Shown here piece by piece: positions 45,363 to 55,500 of a DNA stretch of 64,000 nucleotides. Both the position numbers and the translations under genes were made by a program. The notes under the pieces are model-generated. The model searched no databases. It had not been told where the DNA came from and was given only the letters and a program-made list of their open reading frames with translations. Source of the DNA: Pseudomonadota bacterium (lineage in GTDB: Bacteria; Pseudomonadota; Alphaproteobacteria; Rhizobiales; Xanthobacteraceae); the NCBI GenBank assembly GCA_021811945.1, contig JAKAPE010000001.1, forward strand, positions 1,518 through 65,517, given 5' to 3'. Within the stretch, counting starts at the first letter, position 1; each line of letters begins with the position of its first letter.

Positions 45363-46316
45363 ATGTCCAGAGAAGCCGCTCGCGCTCGGTCCGGTGCCAG
45401 CCGGACGAGCCTCTACGATGAAATCACCACCAAGATCATTGACGAGCTGGAGGCTGGCCGCGTGCCTTGGGTGCAGCCTTGGGGCACGACGGCCGCGAAG
45501 GCGCCGCTCGCCATCCCGAAGAACGCCAGCACCGGGCGGTTCTATTCCGGCATCAACGTGCTGATCCTCTGGGGTTCGGTCATCGAGCATGGCTTCCCGG
45601 TCCAAGGTTGGCTGACCTTTCGCCAGGCCCTCGGTCTCGGTGGCAACGTCCGCAAGGGCGAGCACGGCACCACTGTCGTCTATGCCGACCGCTTCGTTCC
45701 CGACGACGAGAAGAAACGGGCGCAAGAGACCGGCGAGGAAGCGCAAGCGATCCCCTTCCTGAAGCGCTTCACCGTCTTCAACCTGGCGCAATGCGAAGGC
45801 CTGCCGGAGAATCTCGTGGTCGCAGCACCGCCACCCGTGCCGGGCCTCATCGAGCCCAAGGTGGAAGCGTTGATCAAAGCGAGCGGCATCGACTTCCGCA
45901 TCGGCGGCAGCCGGGCCTTCTACATGCCCGCGCAGGACTACGTGCAGGTCCCACCGCCGCAAGCCTATTTCGAGCCGATCAACTGGCACCGCACGGCGCT
46001 TCACGAGCTCGGTCACGCCAGCGGCGCGCCGCACCGGCTCAATCGCGATCTCTCCGGCTCTTTCGGCTCTAAGAAATACGCGTTTGAAGAGCTGGTCGCC
46101 GAGATGAACGCCGCGTTTTGCTGCGCCTCGCTCGGCATCGTGCCGACCGTGCGCCACGCCGATTACATCGGCTCTTGGCTGGAGGTGTTGCGCGAGGACA
46201 ACCGCGCCATCGTTCGAGCCGCATCGCAGGCGAGCAAGGCCGCCGACTTCCTTCTCGGCTTTCTTCCCAGCGATGACGCACAAGCCTCCACCGCGAATGA
46301 GCAGGAGGCCGCGTGA
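45363..46316 (+). CDS. ardC: ArdC-like antirestriction protein (ssDNA-binding N-domain + zincin metallopeptidase)
   Basis: LYDEITTKIIDELEAGRVPWVQPW N-domain and HELGHASG (HExxH) C-domain. Confidence 0.88.
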   Translation: MSREAARARSGASRTSLYDEITTKIIDELEAGRVPWVQPWGTTAAKAPLAIPKNASTGRFYSGINVLILWGSVIEHGFPVQGWLTFRQALGLGGNVRKGEHGTTVVYADRFVPDDEKKRAQETGEEAQAIPFLKRFTVFNLAQCEGLPENLVVAAPPPVPGLIEPKVEALIKASGIDFRIGGSRAFYMPAQDYVQVPPPQAYFEPINWHRTALHELGHASGAPHRLNRDLSGSFGSKKYAFEELVAEMNAAFCCASLGIVPTVRHADYIGSWLEVLREDNRAIVRAASQASKAADFLLGFLPSDDAQASTANEQEAA

Positions 46317-46430
46317 TGCGCTTTCGGTCGCGACAGTGAGCAAGCCGTCACGCGAAGACGGATTTGTGCGGATGCGCATCTCCGGCTCGCCGCAAATCCG
46401 GCGTTCCAGAGGAAGAGGGCTGCGCCGGTC

Positions 46431-46490
46431 TTCGTGACGGGTTGGAAGCCGAGAGAGAGTCTTTCGGCGCCCGTCGCGGAGACAATCCCG
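46431..46490 (+). promoter_or_regulatory. Conserved structured leader, copy B, upstream of the parB-like gene
   Basis: CGTGACGGGTTGGAAGCCGAGAGAGAGTCTTTCGGCGCCCGTCGCGGAGA. Outer stem GACGGG/CCCGTC and inner stem GCCGA/TCGGC. Confidence 0.45.
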
Positions 46491-48626
46491 ATGGCTACTG
46501 CCGTTCAGAAGATCACCCTGTCGTCGTCGCGCGACATCCCCTTCAACAAGCTCGTTCTCTCCCAATCGAATGTCCGGCGCGTGAAGGCCGGCGTCTCGAT
46601 CGAGGAGCTGGCGGAGGACATCGCGCGGCGCACGCTCCTGCAAAGCCTCAATGTCCGGCCGATCCTCGACGCCGAGGGTGTCGAGACCGGCATTTTCGAG
46701 GTTCCGGCCGGTGGCCGGCGCTATCGCGCGCTCCAGCTTCTCATCAAGCAGAAGCGTCTCGCCAAAACGGCCCCGGTGCCTTGCGTCGTGCGCGATCCCA
46801 GCGTCGACATCTCCGCCGAAGAAGACTCGTTGGCCGAGAACGTTCACCGCGCGTCGCTCCATCCCCTCGACCAGTTCCGCGCGTTTCAGGCATTGCGCCA
46901 GAAGGGCCAGTCCGAGGAAGAGATCGCCGCAGCCTTCTTCGTCGGCGTGAACGTCGTGAAGCAGCGGCTGCGTCTGGCGGCGGTGTCGGAGAAGCTGCTC
47001 GACATCTATGCCGAAGACGGCATGTCGCTCGAACAGCTCATGGCGTTCACGGTGACGAACGATCACGCGCGCCAGGAGCAGGTCTGGGAGGCGCTGCAGC
47101 GCTCCTACAGTCAGGAGCCCTATCAGATTCGCCGCATGTTGACCGAGCGCACGGTGCGCGCGTCGGACCGGCGAGCCCTGTTCGTCGGCCTCGACGCCTA
47201 TGAGCAGGCGGGCGGCATCGTCATGCGCGATCTTTTTCAGCAGGACGATGGCGGATGGCTGGAGAATGTCGGGCTGCTCGATACGCTGGTCGCCGAGAAG
47301 CTGAAGGCCGAGGCGGAGAAAATCGCGGCCGAAGGGTGGAAATGGATCGAAGTGAATGTCGATTTCCCGTTCGGCCATACGCATCATCTGCGCGAGCTCG
47401 AAGGGACGCCGACGGACCTCACGGCCGAGGAACAAGCGACGATCGAGGCCTTGAAGGCCGAGTACGCCAAGCTTGAGGCGGAGTACGAGAACGCCGACGA
47501 GCTGCCCGACGACATCGATGCTCGTCTCGGCGAAATCGAAACGGCGCTCGCCGCCTTCGAGGATCGGCCGGTGAGCTACGATCCCGCCGAGGTCGCGTGC
47601 GCCGGCGTCTTCGTCAGCATCGACCCGGATGGCGGCCTCTCGGTCGATCGCGGCCACGTCCGGGCCGAAGATGAGCCGCCTGCCAGCGCGAATACCGAAG
47701 GCGACGCCGGCAGCGACGGCAATGCGAGCGAAGGTGGCGAGCCTTCCGCACCTACCATCCAGCGCGCCGTGATCACGATCGGGGGCCAGCCCGAGGTCGA
47801 GGAGGACGAGGAAGACACCATCAAGCCGCTGCCCGACCGGCTGGTGAGTGAGCTGACCGCCTACCGGACGCTGGCGCTGCGGGATGCGGTGGCGAACAAT
47901 CCCCATGTCGCGATGACAACGTTGCTGCACAAACTCTGCCTGGACACTTTCCAGCACAGTGCAGCGGGTACTTGTCTCGAAGCCTCGGTGCGGCACGTGT
48001 TCTTCTCAATCCAGCCGCCTGACTTGAAGGACAGCTCGCCCGCGAAAGCGGTCGCGGAACGGCACGAGGCCTGGAAGGCGGACCTGCCGAAGGACGAGGC
48101 CGCTCTCTGGGACTGGATCGCCGCTCTCGACGACGCCAGCCGCGCCGCACTGCTGGCCCATTGCATCTCCTTCGGGATCAATGCGCTCTTCGAGAAGGGC
48201 GACCGCTACGGCGGCCCGGGCATCTCGGTTCATGGCGTTCAGCGTCGTCTCGTCCAGGCCGAGCGTCTCGCGCGCGCGGTCGGGCTCGACATGGTCGGGG
48301 CCGGCTGGCGGCCGACCGTCGACAATTATCTCGGCCGTGTCACCAAGCCCCGCATCCTCGAGGCCGTGCGAGAGGCGAAGGGCGAACAGTCCGCGCAGCT
48401 CATCGACCACCTGAAGAAGGCGGACATGGCGAAAGAAGCCGAGCGCCTCCTGGAAGGAACCGGCTGGCTCCCCGAGCCGCTCCGCACGTTAGAGACGGCC
48501 GGCGCCGACACCGCGGATGCCGACGACGGCGGGGATGAAGGAGCGCTACCCGCCTTCCTTGCCGACGACGAGGACGGCGCCGGCGAAGAAGACGCAGACG
48601 AGCCTGCCGTGATCGCCGCCGAATAG
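46491..48626 (+). CDS. ParB/Spo0J-like nuclease-domain protein (ICE type, long C-terminal extension, acidic tail)
   Basis: LVLSQSNVRRV...ELAEDIARRTLLQSLNVRP...VPAGGRRYRALQLL ParB box. ATG 46491 follows GGAGACAATCCCG. Confidence 0.86.
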   Translation: MATAVQKITLSSSRDIPFNKLVLSQSNVRRVKAGVSIEELAEDIARRTLLQSLNVRPILDAEGVETGIFEVPAGGRRYRALQLLIKQKRLAKTAPVPCVVRDPSVDISAEEDSLAENVHRASLHPLDQFRAFQALRQKGQSEEEIAAAFFVGVNVVKQRLRLAAVSEKLLDIYAEDGMSLEQLMAFTVTNDHARQEQVWEALQRSYSQEPYQIRRMLTERTVRASDRRALFVGLDAYEQAGGIVMRDLFQQDDGGWLENVGLLDTLVAEKLKAEAEKIAAEGWKWIEVNVDFPFGHTHHLRELEGTPTDLTAEEQATIEALKAEYAKLEAEYENADELPDDIDARLGEIETALAAFEDRPVSYDPAEVACAGVFVSIDPDGGLSVDRGHVRAEDEPPASANTEGDAGSDGNASEGGEPSAPTIQRAVITIGGQPEVEEDEEDTIKPLPDRLVSELTAYRTLALRDAVANNPHVAMTTLLHKLCLDTFQHSAAGTCLEASVRHVFFSIQPPDLKDSSPAKAVAERHEAWKADLPKDEAALWDWIAALDDASRAALLAHCISFGINALFEKGDRYGGPGISVHGVQRRLVQAERLARAVGLDMVGAGWRPTVDNYLGRVTKPRILEAVREAKGEQSAQLIDHLKKADMAKEAERLLEGTGWLPEPLRTLETAGADTADADDGGDEGALPAFLADDEDGAGEEDADEPAVIAAE

Positions 48627-48726
48627 TGACCAAGAGCGGGGCGGCATCGGCCGTCCCGCTCATTCCCTCCATCCAACCCACTTCGCCCGGACATCGCGCC
48701 GGGCGATTTCATTTCAGGAGACCGCC

Positions 48727-49206
48727 ATGACGAATGCTTCCGACTTCCCGTCAGTCGTCGACAGCGCGCCGTCCCATTGGGAGACCAAGCGCGCCGCCCA
48801 GGATCGGCTGCACGCCGAGCTGCAACCGCTCAACAAGGCCGCGCTGTTCGAGGCACTCGCAGCCGCCGGCGTCACGCTCGTCGTCGTCAGTTTCGATGGC
48901 TACGGCGACAGCGGCCAGATCGAGAACGTCGAGGTGAAGGCCGGCGACACCGTCGTCCCAATGCCCAAATGCGCCATCGAGATCGCCGAGGCCGTGTGGG
49001 ACCAGCTGGAGCCCAACCGCACGAGCATCAGCATCGCCGATGTGATCGAACGCCTCGTCTACGACCTTCTCAACGACACGCATTGCGGTTGGGAAAACAA
49101 CGACGGCGCTTATGGCGATTTCACCTTCGATGTCGCTGAGCGGACGATCACGCTCGACTACAACGAGCGTTACACCGCGTCCGATTATTCGCAGCACATC
49201 TTTTGA
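48727..49206 (+). CDS. Conserved ICE hypothetical protein
   Basis: Preceded by the hairpin+RBS cassette. Motifs FDGYGDSGQIE and WENNDGAYGDFTFD. Family number not asserted. Confidence 0.65.
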   Translation: MTNASDFPSVVDSAPSHWETKRAAQDRLHAELQPLNKAALFEALAAAGVTLVVVSFDGYGDSGQIENVEVKAGDTVVPMPKCAIEIAEAVWDQLEPNRTSISIADVIERLVYDLLNDTHCGWENNDGAYGDFTFDVAERTITLDYNERYTASDYSQHIF

Positions 49207-49216
49207 GGAGGCGGCG

Positions 49217-49591
49217 ATGGGACATTGTTATCATCACGCGCTCTCTTCGGCGAAGAGATGGGGCGGCGTCGCGGAAGACTATCTGCCGCTGCATCAGTGG
49301 TTCGATGAATCGAAGGCGATCACCGCCGACTTTCGTCATCGCGCCCTGCGTCATCACGCGGAGGGCATCTTCATGCTGGAGCGATTCTTCAGCGCGACCA
49401 TCACCGTCTCGACCGGGCGCGTCGTTCCCGTGCGGCTGATCGGCGAACAGCACGTGGTGGAGGATCTCGGTTTCATCCCAAGCTTCGCCGACTGGGTCCG
49501 CTGCATCCGGCCCGAGCCGTGGATGGGCCGGGCTCAGCCGATCCACAAGCTGGTCGATCCCTTTGCGGCCAGAGCGGCGGGAGGTGCCTGA
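49217..49591 (+). CDS. Hypothetical protein
   Basis: ATG 49217 follows GAGGAGGCGGCG. 124 aa (MGHCYHHALSSAKRWGG...). Confidence 0.6.
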   Translation: MGHCYHHALSSAKRWGGVAEDYLPLHQWFDESKAITADFRHRALRHHAEGIFMLERFFSATITVSTGRVVPVRLIGEQHVVEDLGFIPSFADWVRCIRPEPWMGRAQPIHKLVDPFAARAAGGA

Positions 49592-49593
49592 TC

Positions 49594-49788
49594 ATGTACG
49601 GCACCTATCTGCGCCTCAACATCACCGTACACGACGGATGGCGCGCCGTTATCCGCGCGGCTGCCGGGAAGCTCACACCACAGGCTCGCCGCGATCCGGC
49701 GCATCGCGAAGCGCGTCATCGCTTCTATCGGCAGATGCTGGCGCATCACCAAGAAGCACAGCAGCTCATCCGCACCTGGCGGCTCTGA
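49594..49788 (+). CDS. Hypothetical small protein (64 aa)
   Basis: ATG 49594 lies 2 nt after the upstream stop, with GGGAGG as RBS. Confidence 0.45.
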   Translation: MYGTYLRLNITVHDGWRAVIRAAAGKLTPQARRDPAHREARHRFYRQMLAHHQEAQQLIRTWRL

Positions 49789-49864
49789 CGCCGGTCGCTC
49801 ACTCGATTTGTCTATCGCGAAGCCCGGCCGTCACGCCGGACTTTCGCGTTTTGAGGAGGTCACA

Positions 49865-50263
49865 ATGCCGTTCTTCACCATCGAAGTCACCTACCGCCTT
49901 CCGGTCTATCGGCAGCGCGCCTACGAAGCCAACACGGTCGAGCAGGCTTGCCGCCTCGCGATCGAGGACGACGACTGGTCCGATCAGAAAGAGGATTTCG
50001 ACTCCTCCGGCGAAACCTACGTCACCGGCGCATGGCCCGGGCCGGATAGCGCCTATCGCGTGACTGCGCTTCCCGTCCCATCGCAGTTCGGCGAGACCAC
50101 GCAACGCAAGGCCGACCATTTCGAGACCTTGCTCGGCATTCTGAAGGTCCTCGCACACGCGCCGGATGGGACGGCGTCCGATCCGCCGTTCTGGCGACAG
50201 CGCGCAGACGCGGCGATCGCCAAGGCCGAGGCCATTCTCACCGGCGCGCGCGATCCCGACTGA
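49865..50263 (+). CDS. Hypothetical protein
   Basis: ATG 49865 follows TGAGGAGGTCACA and a degenerate copy of the hairpin cassette. Confidence 0.55.
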   Translation: MPFFTIEVTYRLPVYRQRAYEANTVEQACRLAIEDDDWSDQKEDFDSSGETYVTGAWPGPDSAYRVTALPVPSQFGETTQRKADHFETLLGILKVLAHAPDGTASDPPFWRQRADAAIAKAEAILTGARDPD

Positions 50264-50346
50264 CCGTCCGGCGCGCGCGGCGCGTCATCCCATTTCCACC
50301 CGTCACGCCCGGCCGTTGCGCCGGGCGTTCATTTCGGGAGACCGTT

Positions 50347-51258
50347 ATGGCTGATTACTTCGAACAGACCGTTGTTCAGCAGACTATCCCGACCGCCGAC
50401 ATGACGCCGCTGGAGCGCCTGCTCCTGTCGCGCATCTTCGAATGCGAGCGCGACGGCGACGGCTGGTACTTCTTCGCCGAACAGAGCCCGTCCACCATGA
50501 TCTTCGCGACCCGCGCGGAGCTCGATGCAGCCCTCGTATCGTCGCCAGACATCGCAAGCGCGGCGCATCTCTACGTCACCGAGCAACTCGCCGCAGCCGA
50601 GGCAGACGCGACGGAGATGGATCTCGATCTCAGCGGCACATCCTGGGAGTTCTTCTTTCAGGACATCGTGAAACGCTCCACGACGCTGGCCTATGTCAGC
50701 GTCGTCGCCGCCTTCACCTGCAGCAAGATGCGGCCCGACGGATTCGGCGGAATGGCCACCCTCATCACGCGGGACGCCATCGTCGGCAAATCCACCACCG
50801 ACCTGCTGGCGGACTTTCTCGCCGAGCCCGACTCGACGGTGGCGAGACGCCGGAAGCGGAAACCTCGGATACGACAGTCCCGCCCGCATCAGAGTGAGAG
50901 GCGGGCCGGGACACGGGCGAGCCCGGAAGCGGAAAGAGAGCGCGCCGCCGGACTTGCCCATCGTCCGCTCTCGGAGTCCCCAGGTATGAGCGAATACGTC
51001 GTCAAGATCGGCTTCTGGCTGCGCGCCTACGACGGCTTCACCGTCGAGGCCGATACCGACGCGCAAGCGATCGAGAAGGCCAAGGCGGCCGCGAAAGCGG
51101 CGATGGTGTCGGGTATCCATCCCGAGCACATCGACGTCGAGGAGCGGCGCCAAGGCGTGATCGCCTTCATCGATCGCGTCGCAGCGGATGGTCGCCGCGC
51201 CGTCGCCGAGGACGTCGAATTCGACGACGACCGCATCCACGGCAGCCCGACCAGCTGA
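50347..51258 (+). CDS. Hypothetical protein; possibly two ancestral genes read as one frame (second module starts at ATG 50986)
   Basis: Globular N-terminal module (aa 1-155), an Arg-rich junk-like linker that contains a hairpin, then the MSEYVVKIGFW... module of 90 aa. Confidence 0.5.
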   Translation: MADYFEQTVVQQTIPTADMTPLERLLLSRIFECERDGDGWYFFAEQSPSTMIFATRAELDAALVSSPDIASAAHLYVTEQLAAAEADATEMDLDLSGTSWEFFFQDIVKRSTTLAYVSVVAAFTCSKMRPDGFGGMATLITRDAIVGKSTTDLLADFLAEPDSTVARRRKRKPRIRQSRPHQSERRAGTRASPEAERERAAGLAHRPLSESPGMSEYVVKIGFWLRAYDGFTVEADTDAQAIEKAKAAAKAAMVSGIHPEHIDVEERRQGVIAFIDRVAADGRRAVAEDVEFDDDRIHGSPTS

Positions 51259-51327
51259 TCTCCGCATCACCGCAATTCCAAAAGAGCCCGGCCCTCGCGC
51301 CGGGCTTCGTCGTTTGAGGAGGCCATC

Positions 51328-51753
51328 ATGGCTGACTTCTTCACTCACTTCTCATGCGTGCTCGATGTCGGCACGCCCGACGACGCCGCACGCGCGCTCG
51401 ACCTCTACCAGGCCTTCATGCAGGAAGCTGCGCGGGAGGACATCCCGCCCGCCGGATTTCTTCTCTCCGTCCAGCCGGAGCACGGCGGCAGCGCGCTGTG
51501 GATTCGCGATGAGGTCACCGGCGACCCGCAGCAGGTAATCCTGTTCGTGCTGCGCTGCGCCGAGGCCTTCAATCTTACAGGCCGCTGGGGCTTCCAATGG
51601 GCGAACACCTGCTCGCGGTCACGCGTCAACGCTTTCGGCGGCGGTGCGCATGTCCTCGATCTGGCGACCCGCGAGACGATCGCCTGGATCGACACCAATG
51701 GCTGGCTGGCACGGACACTCGCATCCCCGCGCAAACAGCGAGGCGCGCGATGA
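51328..51753 (+). CDS. Hypothetical protein (N-terminus MADFF... paralogous to 50347 MADYF...)
   Basis: Preceded by the hairpin cassette and GAGGAGG. Confidence 0.55.
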   Translation: MADFFTHFSCVLDVGTPDDAARALDLYQAFMQEAAREDIPPAGFLLSVQPEHGGSALWIRDEVTGDPQQVILFVLRCAEAFNLTGRWGFQWANTCSRSRVNAFGGGAHVLDLATRETIAWIDTNGWLARTLASPRKQRGAR

Positions 51754-51992
51754 GCATTCCCGATCACGCCCGCGCCAACTTCCAGACACTGCTCCGCGCT
51801 GCCGCGGACGGCAATCTCGCGCTCATGGAATGCACCGACGCCGCGACGCGCGAGACCCGCTATGTCATCTGCGCTGTCGGCCGTGACGGCTTGGATTTCG
51901 TGTTCACGCCCTTCGGCCATCTCGCCGACGGCAATCCCTACGTCGCCTACATGCCGCCGTCTCCAACCCTGCGCGACGATCGAGCCCCCTGA
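51750..51992 (+). CDS. Hypothetical small protein (80 aa)
   Basis: ATG 51750 overlaps the upstream TGA (ATGA). Confidence 0.5.
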   Translation: MSIPDHARANFQTLLRAAADGNLALMECTDAATRETRYVICAVGRDGLDFVFTPFGHLADGNPYVAYMPPSPTLRDDRAP

Positions 51993-52136
51993 CCCTCTGC
52001 GCCGGGATCTGTCTGGACGCGGCAGCCCACCAGTCAACGGGCAAGCCGTTTCCGCATCGCTCGCGATGCGTGACCGCCGGGCCTCGGCCGCATCCGGTCG
52101 CCAGTTCGGCGCAACGGCATCAGGAGGCGATCGGAA

Positions 52137-52446
52137 ATGTGCAGGGTTCTCAACAAGCATCACACGGGCGTCCCTGCGGGCGCCGTCTATATCGGGCGCG
52201 GCTCGAAGTGGGGCAATCCGTTCCGCATCGGCCCCGACGGCGATCGCGCCGCTGTCGTCGCGAAATACGCGCGCTGGCTCGCCGACCAGCACCAGCTCTT
52301 GCGCGCGCTCGATGAGCTGCGTGGGTCGCGATCTCGTATGCTTCTGCGCGCCGCTTCCATGCCACGGCGATCTGTTGCTTCGGCTCGCGAATGCGACCCG
52401 CGAGGCGCGCATCGCGTGGTGGCGCGGCGTGAAAGCCGCGGCGTGA
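52137..52446 (+). pseudogene. DUF4326-family gene with a +1 frameshift
   Basis: The N-terminal part is in one frame (YIGRGSKWGNPF...LDELRG). The C-terminal part GRDLVCFCAPLPCHGDLLL...stop at 52446 is in another frame. The switch is at the GGG run 52323-52325. Confidence 0.65.
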
Positions 52447-52543
52447 CGAGAGGGAGAGTTCGGCCGGAAAGGGTTTGAGCCGACGCGGTCCAGAGAGAGC
52501 GCCGGCCGGCTCGCCCGGTTCCGCTCTCCCGAGGTCACTTTCC

Positions 52544-55500
52544 ATGTCACATCCTTCCGTCGCGACGGCCGCACCAGCGGTCGCTCCGATCCCGTGCGAC
52601 CGCACGGATGCCCCGGCGTCGCGCATTGCCGAGGCTGCACGCCTCCTTCTTCCCCATCTTGAGCAAGGCCGCCGCGTCGATGCCGCCATCCTGCGCGCGG
52701 AGATGGAGGAAGCCTTCGGCGCCTCCGATTCTTCCGGCGCATGGGACTGGAAAACGGCCTATGACGCCTGCGAGGCGGCGACCGTCCTGTTCTTGCGCAG
52801 ATTCGGGAAGGCGCTTTTCCGCAAAGCCGGTTCTCCGGTCGCGGCGCTGCCACAGTTTGCGAAGGTCGCGAGCCTTCTGCCCACCCACACTCGACGCTCC
52901 GAGGAGAGCCAGGCCCTCCAGCAGTTCTCGACGCCGATCCCGCTCGGCCTCGCTGCACTCTGCGCCGCCGCGATCGTACCCGGCGACCGCGTGCTGGAGC
53001 CTTCTGCCGGCACCGGCCTTCTCGCCGTTCTGGCGGAGATCGCGGGCGGCGCGCTCGTGCTGAACGAGCTGGCCGACACGCGCGCCGCGCTCCTCGACCA
53101 CCTCTTTCCCCGGATCACCGTCAGTCGCCTCGATGCAGCGCAGATCGACGATCATCTCGACGCTGCGGTGACGCCCAGCGTCGTGCTGATGAACCCGCCA
53201 TTCTCGGCGATGGTCAATGTCAGCGGCCGCATGGCCGACGCCGCTTATCGTCATGTCGCCTCGGCGCTGGCGCGTCTCGCCGAAGGCGGGCGGCTGGTCG
53301 CGATCACCGGCGCCAATTTCGGCCCGGAGATGCCGACCTGGCGCGACGCCTTCACCCGCCTGCAGGAGCGCGGCCGCGTGGTGTTCACCGCGGTCATCGA
53401 CGGCGCGGTCTATGCCAAGCATGGCACGACCATCGAAACGCGCCTCACCGTCATCGACAAGATGCCCGCGTCTGACGCGGCGCAGTTTCCGCCTTCTGCC
53501 GGTATCGCGCCCGACGTGCCGACGCTGCTCGGCTGGATCGGCGAGCACGTCCCGCCACGCCGGCCGGTCGCCCTGCCGACGGCCGGCGGTTTCGCGGCGC
53601 CGCGAACCGTCCGCGGCTACCTTGCGCGCACCGCTTCGCGGCAGCCGGCCACCGCGATCGTAGAGCCGGAAGGCGTCGAGCTCGCCTACGACACAGTCGA
53701 ATGGACACCTCCCGAGGGCAGCCGTCTCACGGATGCGCTTTATGAAGAATACGTCCTTCAGTCGATCCGCATTTCCGGTTCTCAGGCGCATCCAACGAAG
53801 CTGGTGCAGTCCGCGGCGATGGCCTCGGTCGCGCCGCCCAAGCCCTCCTATCGGCCGCATCTCCCAGCGAAGCTCGTCGGCGACGGCGTCTTGTCCGACG
53901 CGCAACTCGAAAGCGTGATCTACGCCGGCGAGGCCCATGCGGATTTTCTCGCGGGGTCGTGGACGGTCGATGAGACCTTCGACCTTGTCACCGCCGCGCG
54001 CGACAGTGCGGAGAACGCGGTCCGCTTTCGCCGTGGCTGGTTCCTCGGCGACGGCACAGGCGCCGGCAAGGGCCGCCAGGTCGCCGGCATCCTGCTCGAC
54101 AATTGGCTGAAAGGCCGACGGCGCGCCGTCTGGATCAGCAAGTCCGACAAGCTGATCGAGGACGCACAACGCGACTGGTCGGCGCTCGGTATGGAGCGGC
54201 TGCTGGTCACACCGCTCTCCCGTTTTCGCCAGGGCACACCAATCCGGCTCGCCGAAGGCATCCTATTTGCGACCTATGCCACGCTGCGCACCGACGAGCG
54301 CGGCGAGAAGCTTTCGCGCGTCCGTCAGATCGTCGAATGGTTGAGCTCCGGTTTCGACGGAGTGATCATTTTCGACGAGTCACATGCGATGCAGAACGCC
54401 GTCGGCGGCAAGGGCCAGCGCGGCGAGCAGGCGCCGTCGCAGCAGGGACGCGCGGGTCTCAGACTCCAGCACGCCCTGCCGAACGCCCGCATCGTCTACG
54501 TCTCAGCGACCGGCGCCACAACGGTCCACAATCTCGCCTACGCCCAGCGCCTCGGTCTCTGGGGCGGCGAGGATTTCCCGTTCGCCACGCGCGCCGAGTT
54601 CGTCGAAGCGATCGAAGATGGCGGCGTCGCGGCGATGGAAGTGCTGGCACGAGATCTCAAGGCGCTTGGCCTCTATGCGGCCCGCTCGCTCTCCTACGAA
54701 GGCGTCGAGTACGAGTTGGTCGAGCACCAGCTCACGCCGGAGCAGATCCGCATCTATGACGCTTATGCCGGCGCCTTCTCGGTCATCCACAACAACCTCG
54801 ACGCGGCGATGCGGGCCGCGAACATCACCGGCGAGACCAGCACACTGAACGCCCAGGCGAAGTCCGCCGCGCGCTCCGCTTTCGAGAGCGCCAAGCAGCG
54901 CTTCTTCGGCCATCTTCTCACATCGATGAAGACGCCCTCGCTGATCTGCTCGATCGAGCGCGATCTCGAGGCTGGCCACGCCGCCGTCATCCAGCTCGTC
55001 TCGACCGGCGAGGCCCTGATGGAGCGCCGGCTCGCGGAGATTCCGACCGAGGACTGGCGCGACGTCCAAGTGGACATCACGCCGCGCGAGTATGTGCTCG
55101 ACTATCTCGCCCATTCCTTCCCGGTGCAGCTCTATGAGCCGTTTACCGACAGCGAAGGCCATCTCTCGTCCCGGCCCGTCTATCGCGACGGCCAACCGGT
55201 CGAGAGCCGCGAGGCTGTCGCACGCCGCGACCGGTTGATCGAGAAGCTCGCTTCGCTCCCGCCCGTACCGGGCGCGCTCGATCAGATCGTCCAGCGCTTC
55301 GGCACCGATCTGGTGGCCGAAGTCACCGGCCGCTCGCGACGTGTCATCCGCAAGGGCGATCGGCTGCAGGTCGAAAATCGCGCCGCCTCGGCGAACCTCG
55401 CCGAGACCGCCGCTTTCATGAATGACGCCAAACGCATCCTCGTCTTCAGCGACGCCGGCGGCACCGGACGCAGCTATCATGCCGAGTTGTCGGCGGGGAA

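Noticed and set aside
45078-47996. 972-aa minus-strand ORF spanning ardC and the parB-like gene. Similar long antisense ORFs occur at 3021..4292, 9622..10782, 14456..15760, 51405..52958, 52547..54169 and 54503..56749.
   Set aside because: They are Arg/Gly/Ala/Pro-rich with no motifs. Each lies antisense to a well-supported gene with clear family signatures. Such shadow ORFs are expected in roughly 65% GC DNA.
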